Positions 1 to 13,301 of a stretch of 64,000 nucleotides of DNA are shown here, piece by piece. Numbering within the stretch: the first letter of the stretch is position 1; each line of letters opens with the position of its first letter. A model generated the notes under the pieces. That model was not told the origin of the DNA, made no database searches, and worked only from the letters and a program-made list of their open reading frames with translations. This DNA comes from Azolla caroliniana (Eukaryota; Plantae; Polypodiophyta). The DNA is taken from the NCBI GenBank assembly GCA_043228905.1, contig JBHGNT010000001.1, positions 36,890,001-36,954,000 on the forward strand, written 5' to 3'. The translations under genes were made by a program, and so were the position numbers.

Positions 1-227
1 ATTGACAAAGTAGAAAACTACATCACATGTGGAGACAGCGAGGGAATTGATAAATTAAGTACTCATCATCATTGTTTTTCACACTGGTGGCCTAATATTG
101 GTCTCTAAATTTCATGCAGGTCTACAACATTAACTTAATGCCCTAGATTGTTTTTGCATACAAGTTCATGATCTTCTGCATATGTACACTGACTCAGCAA
201 GTTACATCCACCCTAGCAAGCACTATT

Positions 228-1200
228 GAAGTAATAGATTCTTATGTCTACCTAGGAGTCACATTTACAACCACTATTTGGTTTTTCCCTCTCATCCGAG
301 CCTCCAGAGATCAAACACACTTGAAGTAACACAGCTCTGGCTACAACACCAATACCACTAGGAACCTCATACCAATGTATGGCTATTCAACACCTTGGGC
401 ACCTTCACCCTTATTCAAGGTGCAGACATATGGGCTCCATGCCTTTCTAAACACATGGACACAAGTACAGAATCCACAAGTCAAGATGAAGATACACGGA
501 AAAGCCTCCATCCCTAAGAGATCATCTACACTGAATTGACTGGACACCTCATTAGGGTAGAAACACTATTTGATACAGTGAGCCTTGTCATCCAAACCAT
601 GCCACCTCAGTGAATTACACTCAAACATATTTGAAGCATTGAAGGGAACTATGGCAACACAATAGGGTGACGGGTGCAACCCACAGAGGAGCTGCAGTCG
701 TTCAGCACAGTGACCTTAAAATTATGAATTTGCTGCCCTTCCAATACCCTAAAACTCTCCAAATGATGAATTGAACAAGGAATAGTGGCAAGAACTATAG
801 AAACTCAAAATAAAATAAAAACATGGAGCACCTTAAGGTCACTTTTTTTCACAAATGCCTACAACAAAGATAATTTCATGAACTTCCAAAGAGAATGATG
901 GACATGGACATCGATATGAGTTATAGGTCATCACATAGCAATAGGACACTTACAGTTTCCTCCCACAAGCTAAAGATCAAAGCAGCACAGCACATTGCAA
1001 ACCTAGAGACGAGAGGCTTTGCAAGTTCCATAAAGGAGAGCTTGGGAACAAGGAAAACTAGTGGTATCTTACAAGCACATCAGAGAGATGTCCACTACAA
1101 TCCTTGTAGAGCGTACCACTACTGGTCAAATGATGGAGAAGGCTGACCCACATCACGGTGTCCAAGGCTTGCGTGAGTTTTAAAAGCATAGGACATATTC
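228..1200 (+). mobile_element. Decayed non-LTR retrotransposon 3' fragment (RTE/RTEX-like) inside PEX11A intron 1
   Basis: Broken frames give IEVIDSYVYLGVTF (~226-267; RT-end Y-x-YLG motif), WLFNTL..TLIQGADIWAP (~380-440) and VSSHKLKI (~955-980), all typical of LINE ORF2 C-termini. Many stops and frameshifts. Confidence 0.6.
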
Positions 1201-2074
1201 CTTTATATTAGCAGAAGGATGCAACAGCAATCACACAGCATTGAGTTCTTCCACAGGCCCCCATTTCCTCTGACAACATGCCAAGGAGTTATCATCAAAA
1301 GAGCATAGCAATGTTGATAGCAACTGAGACCATGAGTACCTGGATGCAAGGAACATAGGCTATACCAACACTAGATCCATGGCGTTCAGTGCTCACCATA
1401 TCCAATCCACCCAAGGACACTAAGATGCATTCAGTGAGCTTTGTTGTAGGTTTTGATTCAACTGCACCAACCAGCACCAGGCATCATGCCCCCTCCTCAC
1501 CATTCATTCCACACATATTACTTATGCACTGTGTGCTCATAAATCTGTCTCAAGAACCATTACCAAGGGTAAAGCTAACCATACATTATGATCATTCCAT
1601 TGGATCCTTAAGAAGCATAGAATATCTACTTGGAATTCAGGGCAGGTAAGCTAAAAAACCTCTCCCGCCATCACAACAAGACCGTTGATTCACACAGTAA
1701 ACAAGAGAATACTATCGTTTTCTTCCTCAACTTTCTTATGATGTAGCACCATTTCTCGACCTTCAACATGAATGGAACATTTCTGGGTCTACTTTGCAGT
1801 AGCACAAAGAAAGTTTCTTGATTCATAATTCACCAAATAAAAGATGCTTAAATCCAACAGAAAGAAAAAAACAAAAAAAACAAGATTTCCTTCGCCATGA
1901 AAACAATAACTTGTTGACTCAGCGAGAAAAGCTGCGAATAAAGCTATGGTTTTCTTGATCAGACATAAAGCGTGCCAATTTGGTGGTCATTTGGAACAGA
2001 AGTTTGATTCTATTAAGGAAATACAAAGAAGAAAGTTATGGATTTGTCGATCATATTCAAGACCTTACACATAC

Positions 2075-2437
2075 CAGCCAGATGAACTGTTCCACAAAGT
2101 AGTAGATACCTTCACCGCCACTGGCGATGAGTTCAAGGAAACCATCTCTGGAAGAGAAGAAAGGAGGAGCAGAGCGCAGAGAATTTATGTCTTGGACGAA
2201 TTTCCCCAAACGGAAGGCTTTGCGAGATGTTCCGACGCTTGATTCGAAGTCTTTGAGACGAGCAGCTATGGCGGATGAAGAAGGAGAAGGAGAGGAGGAG
2301 GATGAAAGGAGATGGGAAGCAAGAAGAATCTTGGCCGTATAACGTGTAATCTTTAATAATTTGTCCACGCCATCGCGCCTGCTCAGGTAAGCTTCTAAAT
2401 GATCCAAGAAGGCACGATCTTGACGAGAACGAGCCAT
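2075..2437 (-). CDS. PEX11A: Peroxisomal membrane protein PEX11A, exon 1 (remaining exons lie beyond the window start)
   Basis: [33 protein letters not shown]...[22 protein letters not shown]...[15 protein letters not shown] is the PEX11a N-terminus. Donor CTG|GTATGT at 2075/2074. Confidence 0.9.
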
Positions 2438-2769
2438 GTAAATGTGTTCTGTTGCTGCTGTCTTCTGTCTTCTGTGTTCTACGTCTTCTTGTGTCTTCTG
2501 CTTTGACTTCTTCGCGTGTCTTCGGTTTTCTTGCTCTTCTTCTTGCTGAATACCGCCATTTCCTGCTGCTGCCCCTGCTTCACGACGATGCTGCTTTTGT
2601 TTTTATCTCTCTGTATATATTTAGAGATAATTATATAATTTATGGAAACTTTAGGCCTATTTTTATAATAATGTTTGCTCAGTTTAAATCTAGTTCTCTT
2701 CCCAATTGTTAGATGCTCTTTCATGGTTAAGGTAAGACTCTCTCTCTCTCTTTTGGTAAAAGCACACAA

Positions 2770-5700
2770 TTATATTAATTGTATGTAAAATCCACTTAGT
2801 TACAACACTTCTTAGTCTCCTCTACCTATCATATGCCTATGTAGGGAGATGGACGTTCTGTAATGCTATTAAAAAAACTTGAATATGTATTTGAGGAAAT
2901 GATCCCCACATGCTCTAACATCCAAAAATTCCACATGAGAATACCTTTCAGCTTCTTTTTATAGGCTTTCACCCCATGTCTATTATCAAACATGAACGCA
3001 TTACGCATATTCCAATTGTGTTATAGACCCCAATAACGTACAAATTGGAACAATATCTCCATCTCATCATTTGATCCATTTGAACATATTGAGAAAAAAC
3101 CCATTGTTGAGGTCTCAAACAACAACGGGTTAAAACTTGCCAAATGTCCGATAAATACTTCCAAATGGTACACGCTATAGGACATTTAATGAACCTATGT
3201 GTACTATCCTCTAATGGAACAGTGCAAAAGAAACAAGTGTCAAACCCTAGTCCTTGTCTCTTTAAGGCCGAACCTAATGGGAGCCCACCAATCATGACAC
3301 TCCATATGAATACCTTTGCACAAAATGGTAGATGGCAATGCCAACCACGTTGTAATATTTTCCACCACCTTGCATCTGACTTATATACATTCCACACCTT
3401 CCTTGCTCTAGGACATAGCCAAGATAATGATGCCATCGCATGATGATAAAATATATTTGTAATGACCTGTACCAAGCGTGTACCATCTTGTAAACGCCAA
3501 TCTACCCAATGTGCAAAATTGGTTTTCAATGGCAAAGATCCTTGCAATAATGAATTGAGATCTCAACTTCTCTTTCCCATGCCAAAACAACACTCGAGAT
3601 GAAACAAGCAATTCGTTTTGTAATGAATTACAATATTCTTGATCACTTGATGGTCCCCATTCAAAAAGAGATAATGCATCTTGCCACGATCTTACCAAAT
3701 GTTGTCCACATACAGAATGTCGAATCTTTAGAGGAATACTTCCATTCAGTAGTGACCACCATGATGCTTGAATCTTTGTTTTCACATGCACCAATCCTTC
3801 ATTCTCAATAAAATATTGCATCATAGATATCCATGGTTGATCTTGTTGACATGTATCTCATAATAATGTAAATCTACGAGCCATCAAATGCCTTTCCAAA
3901 TCCAATATTGCTGCACCACTTAACCTTTTAGGAGTAGCCAAATGGTCCCATGAAATCCATGTAACTCCCATCATTTCTCCCTTCCGCCACAACATGAACC
4001 GAATAGGTTGTAACATGCTTTGTAATGCCTTCTTAGTCCAAGGAAGTAAAGGCAAAAAATATAGTAACATGGGTATCAAGATACATTGCACCACTTTGAG
4101 TCGTACATGAAAGGGTCATAATTGACTCTAGCCCAATCAAATTCTTAAAATGAGTAATACATAATTCAATAACCTTGATTGGGTCTACAACAATGTCATC
4201 CCCTATCTTAATTTGTACCACATTTGAACGAGCATATGGTGGTCTTAATCCTTGAAAAAATATATGAGATTGTGATTTATTATCTATAAAACCCTCCTTT
4301 AATTGACGTAGTCTTGTATGTTGATAACTTTGACAAGACAAATTCTTCACAATGTCATATACTTGAACTTGAACATCCAAAAGCTCTTCATCATGCGGAT
4401 TATTCATCAATAGTACATTGCATCGTGTAAGAATATATGAAAACTTATCAATCAATTTATTATGTCTTTTAGCATTAGCTATAACATACATATAGTGAAT
4501 ATTATTGATGTTTTGTAGTGTTGTATCCCATCCATGCCATCATTTTGAAATAACTTGTTTTGAAAACATGTCAAAAATTTGTTGCATATAGCCATCAAAT
4601 AAGGAATGTAATAATAAAGAAGAATTAAACCTCAAAGGAACCCGATCAAGCAATGTTTTTTACATATCAACCCATGTTTATTAAACTCAAAACATATGGG
4701 AAAATGATCCAATGTCACAACCTCTTGCATAATTGACATATTAAGCATCTCTGGCAAAAAGGAATCATCATGCATAACATACATTCTATCTAACCTACTC
4801 CATGTTTCCTTATATTGCATAGACTGAAATGTAAACCCAACCTCATCTTGATGCAACCATTTCCATACATCCAACTTCAAAACCTCTTATGCCAAATTGT
4901 CCCTAACTGCTTGCTCAGGAGAATCCATCAATGATAATCGTGAAGTAGATTGTGAAGCATCAACACACATATTAAAATCACCCATTAACAAACCAACACG
5001 GCCCACTAATAACCGTGGATACATTGAAGACCATAACTCAATGTGTTGATTAGCATTATTGGGTGCATAGATACCTACCAACCATATCAAATCCTCAAAA
5101 TACTTGACTTCCATCACCAAAAAACGTCCATATGGATCATTATAGACTATATGTGGACAAAACAAATCATGAATAATCATTAAAACCCCTGAATAATGAT
5201 GTGATAACTGTCCTATATAATATGCGGAATATCCACGCAAATGTAACACAAATCCTGCTAAATCATGACACTTATGTTCAACTGCACATAAAACATCCCA
5301 TTCTTTATCAAATAAAGTTTTCCATAATATATATTTCTTATGAGGAGAAGATGCCCCTCGCGCATTCCATGATACCACTTTCATTTAACACCTTTAGTAA
5401 GAACTTGCTCTTTATGAGCAAGTGTATTCATGAATGTACTAACTACTTGTTCAAGAGTTACATCCCCTCCAACAATATTAGGGTTTTATTGTCTAGCTCC
5501 ACGAGAACGAAGTCCTTGATTTAATTGATGTCGTAGCACCCTTCCCGAATAATCGAATTTTAATTGGTTGGACAATCTCTAATTTCGCGCTTGTTTCTAC
5601 CAAGGATTTTTCTTAAACCCCTCATTCAATCTCAAAGTATCTTTTGGTAATGCCTTACCGTTACTCATCAATTCGGCCATGATAAGAGTAACAAACAAAC

Positions 5701-6850
5701 AAAACAAAAAAAAACCTAACCGTTAGTATTTTTTGTGTCCCTTTGTATGGCAACACCCTTCCCTTTTGTCTTATGCTTCACTTGATGCCACTCTTCATCT
5801 TCAACATCAGGGTCATCATTAATGCATACTCCATTCTCCTACCACCAAGATACATCATATTACATTGATTAAATTGTAAATTCTATTAGATTACGAAGAA
5901 ACATATCTGATAGTGTGAAACGTTGCCACCGCATAGGATAACACATGATTACCAAGTGTCATGCTTGCATGAATGACAAATGGCGAGCATGCATGTATCC
6001 AAAGCATGCTATATAAACATATAGCGAACTATTGATGAACCATTCCGGTTCAACGCCAGTCTTCGACGTACTCTTGTAACCCTTGTTCTCATTGCTAATA
6101 CATTTTCAATATCTTATTTCTCTCTCATTCCTCTCTTATTTTCTATTTTTCATTCTTTTCTTCATTTTAAAACTTGTCTTTGGCTACGACCCTAACAATA
6201 ACAACCATTGAGACAATATCCTTCTCAACATCTTCCTTATTTTTCCCTTTGACATTATTTTCTGGGGATAGTTCACCATGAGATTGGCATTCAGCCATAA
6301 AATGCCCCAATTTACCACATTTAAAACAATGTCCTGCAAAGGTCTCCCATTGAAGCCTAAAACGAAATCGACGAAATCGAGATGTATCTATACTCAACCA
6401 TCCTGGAAGTTTACAACTTGTATCCCATAACATGCAAAATCTACATTTGTTCAACGAATTAACATGAGGAGCAATCAAAACTTTACCAATTTGAGACATC
6501 AATCCTAGTAGTAAATCCCAAAAGAATGAGTTACTGCAATCAACGGTTACCCAAATTGGACATTGTTGTTTTAATAAATCTTTATAATCCACCACCGAAA
6601 CCCATTCCATCACATGCACTAATCTTCTATAAAAAAAGATCGGTACCTTTGCCATCAAAGTCGTGCGGTGTTCTAACGATCGAAAAACCACATCATAGAA
6701 ACCTCTTAGACCCACGTAGACATCCTCAACACAATTAGGCATTATGAATGAATTCAACCACTGCTTAATCCATGATACCAAAGGAAGTTTGCTAGTGAAA
6801 TACAAAATAACACCTAGACTCTCACTCACTCTCTCTTTCTCTCTCTCTCT
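2770..6850 (-). mobile_element. Degenerate L1-clade LINE (ORF1 with zinc knuckle, endonuclease, zf-RVT; RT core missing)
   Basis: ORF 6167-6829 has CFKCGKLGHFMAEC and a DUF4283-like region. ORF 4887-5384 has MKVVSWNARG, GIYAPN and MGDFN. ORF 4632-4880 has SRLDR..DHFPI (APE endonuclease). ORF 2969-3547 has CFFC..LEDSTHRFIKC (zf-RVT). Multiple stops. Confidence 0.9.
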
Positions 6851-8049
6851 TCCTATTATTGTTTGTTTTCTGTTTGTCTTAGTCAGGTTTCTTCTCTTAA
6901 AACCTTGAGACTCTTTTTACCTAATTAATTGGCCATGGCGAGCTCATCAAGGTTCTACTCATGCAACAATAGGTTTGTTTTCTCCTATTCTCCTCACAAC
7001 ATCTCCATTCTCATGGGTGTCTATAGTTATGGTGATGAACATCAATCTTGCTAGTTCTTCTTAACAGCTCTTGTAGTTTGCCACGACTTTGTTATGTGTC
7101 TAAGCATGTACTTTGAAAGATTCTAGTGGATATGTTTGATTTGTCTTCGACTTTTAGGTCAATTCTATGTCTAACTATAACTACGATCTCCTCGCTTCGA
7201 CACTTGGAAATCATGATACACATTTGTTTAGTCTCTTTGACTTCGACCTCTTCTAGACGATGGTCCAGATCACGACGATGATATTGTGTGGCTCCATAAG
7301 GAAGCGTAAGTCTATACAACATGCTCGATCAACTCAACTTAGTGCCTTGGCCAAAATAAATGACGCATCATTTATGACTTTTGTGTCAATCGTTGCCAAG
7401 AAGAAAAATGTTTCATGATATGAAAATTGAATGACTCACATGATATAACCAATTGCCCCATATATTAAAGTAGCTCTAATATTAGTTAGGTTTCTCAAAG
7501 CATTAACAAAACAAAAAAAATAGAAAGCAACGGTCAACAACATCAAAAAGTTGTAGCCCATCAATTATTATTATTCTGCATGAGAAGTCAATGTTTTGAA
7601 ATGAGCGGTTGTCATAGGACGCGAGATAACGATGGAGTTTCCTACAAACCACAATGTACCCATGATGCTTTGAGGTTTAAAACATTTATTTGGGAACTCT
7701 ATTAAACCTAAATAAGGGGTGGCTCATTAATACCTTCCATGCATACCTTGTTTATTCCTTGAATGCATATTGCGTCAAATCAATGGCATTGGTTAATCAT
7801 GGTCAAAATGTATCACAACTTATGGAAGCATTCAAAAGTGAGATGCAACAAATGCTCAATTGCTAATATCATGCAATTGTGACAACACATGTGAACAATA
7901 AAGTAATAGAATTATCTAATTAGCTATTGATTACACTAGCCTATGTTGTTCCATTTGTGGAGAACCAATGCATTTCACTTGGAGTATAGTGTTTGTTGGG
8001 TATTGGTGAGCTCAGTGTCTTCAACCTTGTTACGTCCATGATGGAGAAT

Positions 8050-9430
8050 TGGATAGATTGGAAATTTTCATGTGTGTATTGTTTGCAATCCACAAATGTT
8101 GCGGATTGACCAAATAGGATTTATAATTGCGGTAGTTTACACATAACAATATCACGTGCCATCACAATCACTAGCCATCGTCGCTCCATTTGCATAGAAC
8201 CAATGCATATTGCTTGGAGGAAAGTGACGATTGGGTCTTGGTGCCATTTTTCTGGCCTTGTTGCCCATAATTGGAAGTCAAATAGCTTGGCAAGTTTAAT
8301 GTATATATTGTGTGTAGTCCACAAATGTTGCATATGGATAACTATTATTGTAACCATGGTAGTTGGAACTTGGTAAATCAAGACGTCAAAATCTCATGTG
8401 TCCCCTCATCTCCGTATGGCAAAAGTCTACATCCACAAGCATTTTCTTTTGGCTCACATTATTTTCGGCATTAACTACTTGTGTCTCCTCTTTTTGTGAG
8501 CCTAATATGAGGTTATCTTTTTGTGATCTCAAATGTGGGAAGCCCAACAAGGATTTGGCTTTTTGTTGGTTATTGATCCATTATGCACTGTTGGTTCGGG
8601 CTTGGTTACGACAACTAAATAGTAAGTTGCGTGGATTTGGTTGTGGATGTATGATGGAATCAATTAAGCATGTATTGTGGTATTGTCCTAAAATTATGCA
8701 AGTATGGAATAGAGTATTAAGGTTGTTGATATTGATACATGTTAATTGTGTGATCACTTGGGGTGCGGTTAGGTGGGGCATTCTAGAGGGACAATTGTTG
8801 TTATATGAAAAGGAGGATATAGTGGAAGCCTTTCACATAGTTCCTCGTCATATACAAATGGTTCAACATTTTCAAATTGATAGTTTGCAATTTTGGGACG
8901 ATATTATTTGGAAGACAATTTCATCGATTCCGATGTGGGTAATTTGGAAGGCGCGATATGTACATCAGTTTTTGACAACGTCACTCGTGATGTTTTTGTT
9001 ATAATTGTTGAATTCTGGTTGTTACTTATTCATACATTACGTGGTTAGTACAAAAGTTTTACATGCAATGTTGATGCCATTTTCAGGAAGCAAATGCATT
9101 TTAAAAGGTCATGGGATTCAATGCTCATTTTTAGGGAAGATGGAGATCACATAATATGGATGTATATTGTTCCTATCCTTTTGGGAAACAATATCTACTA
9201 ACTTTGTTTATGGACTCTGTTGCTACATATGTTGGTGGTATAGGTTACATTGCATGCTCAATTGCAATTTGGGAGGATTATACCATAAAAATCTAGGAGA
9301 TATGGTGTACACATATGTGTAGTTCTTGTATATACACATCAAATCGGTTATGATATGAGCACAATGGAGTCGGTTGGTATACTCTCCTTTATCCAACAAA
9401 TCTTTTGTATTTCTTATGATTTTATAATAC
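8050..9430 (+). mobile_element. Degenerate LINE 3' part (zf-RVT region); decayed upstream sequence may extend to ~6940
   Basis: ORF 8363-9004 has AFCWLLIH, GCGCMMESIKHVLWYCPK..QVW and MWVIWKARY, typical of an L1 ORF2 C-terminus. Confidence 0.7.
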
Positions 9431-9479
9431 CAATGTGTATCTCTTTGAGGGAGGGGGGAACAAGGATTTGGCTCTTACT

Positions 9480-10070
9480 TTGTTTGCAATCTAATGGAAC
9501 ATATAGTTTCCAAATCTTTTAGTGCTAATCAAATAAGGAAGTTGTAACATGGAATACGTGGGATTTATCCTTCTTCCATCTTGTGAAACGCCAGTCAAAA
9601 TTTCACATGGGTATTTGCCCTTTCCATTGGAAACTTGCAAGTTTATTCAAAGCTATGATTCTTTATTTGTATGATTGAATAACGCCATGGTTTTCTTATT
9701 CTAACCCATGAAATTCCCCTTTTAACTAGGGAAGATCCCACATTGTCTATTTCTCGTTTGATTTGTTTTACCTATATGCATTGCGATGCTTGAAGTGATA
9801 AGTATCTTCAAAATGTTGAAATTGTTCATTAGATTCAACTCTAAATCTTACCTATGTCTACGTCTTTCTTTCACCTTTTGCATTTCATTGTATTGATATT
9901 TCCTTGGAAAGGTCATTAGAATGCCTGATTATTCCAATTTAGACTTGGGCATATTAATAACATCAATTTACGAATTTAAGGTCTCAATTTATTCTTTGAT
10001 TTCTCGTGATGCCAACAACCATTTTGCAAGGGCAAAAAATAGGATTATTACAAGTTACAACACTATCTAG
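9480..10070 (-). mobile_element. Small LINE fragment related to the 2770-6850 element
   Basis: ccatcttgtgaaacgccagtc (~9577) matches ccatcttgtaaacgccaatc (~3484). Surrounding coding-like sequence is decayed. Confidence 0.45.
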
Positions 10071-10213
10071 CAACCATCGAAAACATAATCTTACTCATTA
10101 AATTTAAATTCCATCAAAACTCGCACATTTCCATCTTTAAATTCACGTAGGAGATAAAGTAAACATTTTAAGAATAATATTTATAAGATAAATACAAATC
10201 TTTACCATATAGC

Positions 10214-10287
10214 GGTTTCGTGGTGTAGTTGGTTATCACATCAGTCTAACACACTGAAGGTCTCCGGTTCGAACCCGGGCGAAGCCA
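10214..10287 (+). tRNA. tRNA-Val(AAC)
   Basis: GGTTTCG...CGAAGCC-A acceptor stem, anticodon arm TCAGT-CT-AAC-AC-ACTGA, T-loop GGTTCGAACCC. T-run Pol III terminator at ~10303-10316. Confidence 0.97.
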
Positions 10288-11983
10288 TTCTTGTACATGA
10301 CATTTTTCTTTTTTTTCATTACATAGAATCTCTTCTCACATTCCCAATATCTTCTCTCATAGGTGTGAATTCAATATTTTCCCATACACTCTATTCTATT
10401 TTATTCACATCTCTCTCCAATGATAAACTTTACAACATTAAAAGAATAGACATGTTAGCTCTTCTCATGATCTCATGGTATGGTTGGTTATCATATCAAT
10501 TTTCCAACAATGAAGGTGTTTGGTTTGAGCTTGGGCAAGGCCTTTGCTTTGTAAACACATTTTGTTGCCTCCTTTCCTATAAAGCATTGTCATCTTCAAC
10601 AAATCCATGCTTTGTAACCACTTTTGTCGCCTTTCTTTCCTAGAAAATAATTATATTAAAGACTCTCACATGCCCATCTAAGTCTAACTATATAACACAC
10701 GAAATGTCTCCAACGCAAACCTCGACAATGAGCCAATATTCGAAACCACATTCCTCTTCCTTTTTTCCTAGAAAGCATTATCTTGACATTCTTACTTGTC
10801 TAGTTAGATCTCACCCATCAACCTAAGGGTAATAATAATGCAAAAAGGGTTTCTACTAGTTTGAATGTAATCACTTTCCTCTTGTTTCTTAAATTGTTAT
10901 ATTAAACACTCTCAATCATCAATCTAGTTGTATATCATGCGAAGGTCTTTGGTTTGAGCCTTTGTGGGTCCATGCTTTGTAATCATTTTCCATGAAAACA
11001 TTCTTATCCAACCCCCCTCTACCCGGCCTTTACTAGAAAGCATCATCTACAATACACTTTATATCTTTACTCAATACTATTTGTCAAATACTCAATCTTT
11101 TTTGGGGTGCAAAGCATTGTCTTTATTTCTTTATTTTATGACTCGTCAACTTTCATGTTATTATATGCTTGATTCATATGAGAAGAAACAATGCATTGAA
11201 GGATACAAATAAGTAATCAATAAAGTATATAAAAGTCACAAAGTCATTGGTTTACATGTGGTGTACATTATAACATGCTAAACACTTGTAAATTCGATAT
11301 ATGGATGATATGCTAGATTTTATTTATGTTATTTTATGTAGACACAATGTATATTTCATGTTATATTAGAACCTAAGAGAAAATATAGCTTCCCATGCAA
11401 ATTTGTCTAGGAGAAGATGTTATTGTCAAGGGACATATGAAGCAGCACATGCATTGAGTGCAATCTTCATCACAAAGGTAGGTCCATGTCACATGTGTAT
11501 ATTTAATAGATCAATCATTAAGTCTCAATATCCAACCTTCACATAGCCTTTAAATATGTTTATGAACAATGCTTGTTCTACTAGAATTATATCCACACCA
11601 ATGATCACATAAGCGATGATTGAAATAATAATATGTTATATAAGAATGGCATGGTTAGAATGTTTAAAATATGAACGATAATAAACCCTTGTAAATGGTC
11701 AATGGAGACCACATAGGTCAACAAAGATGAATTATATCCATTACTTGAAATTGTTAACTGTAACATTCTCCTAGGCCACCAAGAAAGCCAATAGATCATT
11801 CATTACATTGGACAAATAAACCATATCTTCCATTATATGTATATGATTTATTTATGGGATGGGTTACACCAAAGTTGATTTCTGTGTCCAATTAACTATT
11901 TTGTTGATGAGAGTGTTGGGATCAATGAGAGACAAAAAAATAATTGTATTGGCTCTAAGAAGCGAGTTGAAGATAATTAAAGG

Positions 11984-12586
11984 TAGCAATGGGCGCAGTT
12001 CGGTTTCAAGGCAAAGAAACCAAACTAAACCGAAACCAAACCATTTATTTAAAACAAAAACCAAACCAAACCGTTTTTGAACTCTCAATATTGAAACCAA
12101 ACCATTTAAGAAATAGTTGAAACCAAACCGATTAGGGAAAAGTTGAAACCAAACCCAACCATTTAATAAAAATTTAAACCTAACCACTTAAATTAAACTA
12201 ATTAAACATCTAAATAAACAAAAATACATTAAATTAAATAAGCATTTAAGTTAAATCTATTAAATCAATAAAAGAAACTTTAATTGAACCATTAAATTAA
12301 ATAAACATTTAAGTTAAATCTATTAAATCAATAAAAGAAACTTTAATTGAACCATTAAATTAAATAAACATTTAAGTTAAATTAATTAAATCAATAAAAA
12401 GCTATTAAATCAATAAACTATTAAGGTAAAACAAAAGTTAACCAAAAACCTAGAAACCCGAGTTTTAGAACCAAACCAAACCGTTTATAAAAAATCCAAA
12501 CCATTCAATTTGTTTGGAACCAATAAACCGTTAAACCATGGATTAACGGTTTGGTTCAGTTTGAGCCAAAACCGTGCCCATTGCTA
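11984..12586. mobile_element. hAT-superfamily MITE (603 bp)
   Basis: TIRs TAGCAATGGGCGCAGTT / AACCGTGCCCATTGCTA (15/17). Perfect 8-bp TSD ATTAAAGG at 11976-11983 and 12587-12594. Subterminal AAACC repeats and an AT-rich core with an internal 63-bp duplication. Confidence 0.92.
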
Positions 12587-13242
12587 ATTAAAGGTAATCC
12601 TCCTTTGAGTGACGAACCTAATACACTAGATAGGGGTCACAACAATGAACAAGTGGAGTTCAACCACACTATAAAAAACTTAACATGATGTTTTTATGGA
12701 TAATGGGATGGAAATAGAATGATGTTATAACTTATAAGGCAATGACTAAAGAAACGACGAGGATAAGATAACAACAAAACATAGATTGATGTATGCATGC
12801 TTTTGTGTCTTCGTAAATTTATTGACACAGTTGTAAATGCTCCCTTTTTATCATAGCAAATTAACTAAATTTGATAACCTACTTAACAAAATTCTTAAGT
12901 TGTGGGGTATCTCAAGTGCAATACTTTTTGAGTAAATCTCCAGGTACGTGTATTTAGTTAAATTCCCTCATAGTGATAAGATCGCATCCACTTATTTTTA
13001 GCCGACAATTAGAATTTAGAAAAAAAGGGTTCTTTGGTGCATCTTGTATGTATAGCCTTAGGGCAATTTCTTAATACTAATGTAGTATTCATTTTTTTTT
13101 GGAGATCACATCCACTTATATTTATGGGACGGTGCACCGTCTTTTTGAGAGTTGTTAATGAATTTCCTTTTCAAATATTCAACGGAATAGCATGCATGCG
13201 TACATACATACACACACATATACAATTAATATAATTGTGTGC

Positions 13243-13247
<5 letters not shown>

Positions 13248-13297
<50 letters not shown>
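13248..13297. repeat. (GA)n microsatellite
   Basis: Pure AG dinucleotide run. Confidence 0.95.

Positions 13298-13301
<4 letters not shown>

Noticed and set aside
1295-1649. Possible PEX11A exon 2
   Set aside because: No PEX11-like sequence in the frames read; the true exon is probably outside the window.
11859-12187. ORFs with KPKPN / FGLVW repeats
   Set aside because: Translations of the MITE's AAACC subterminal repeats.
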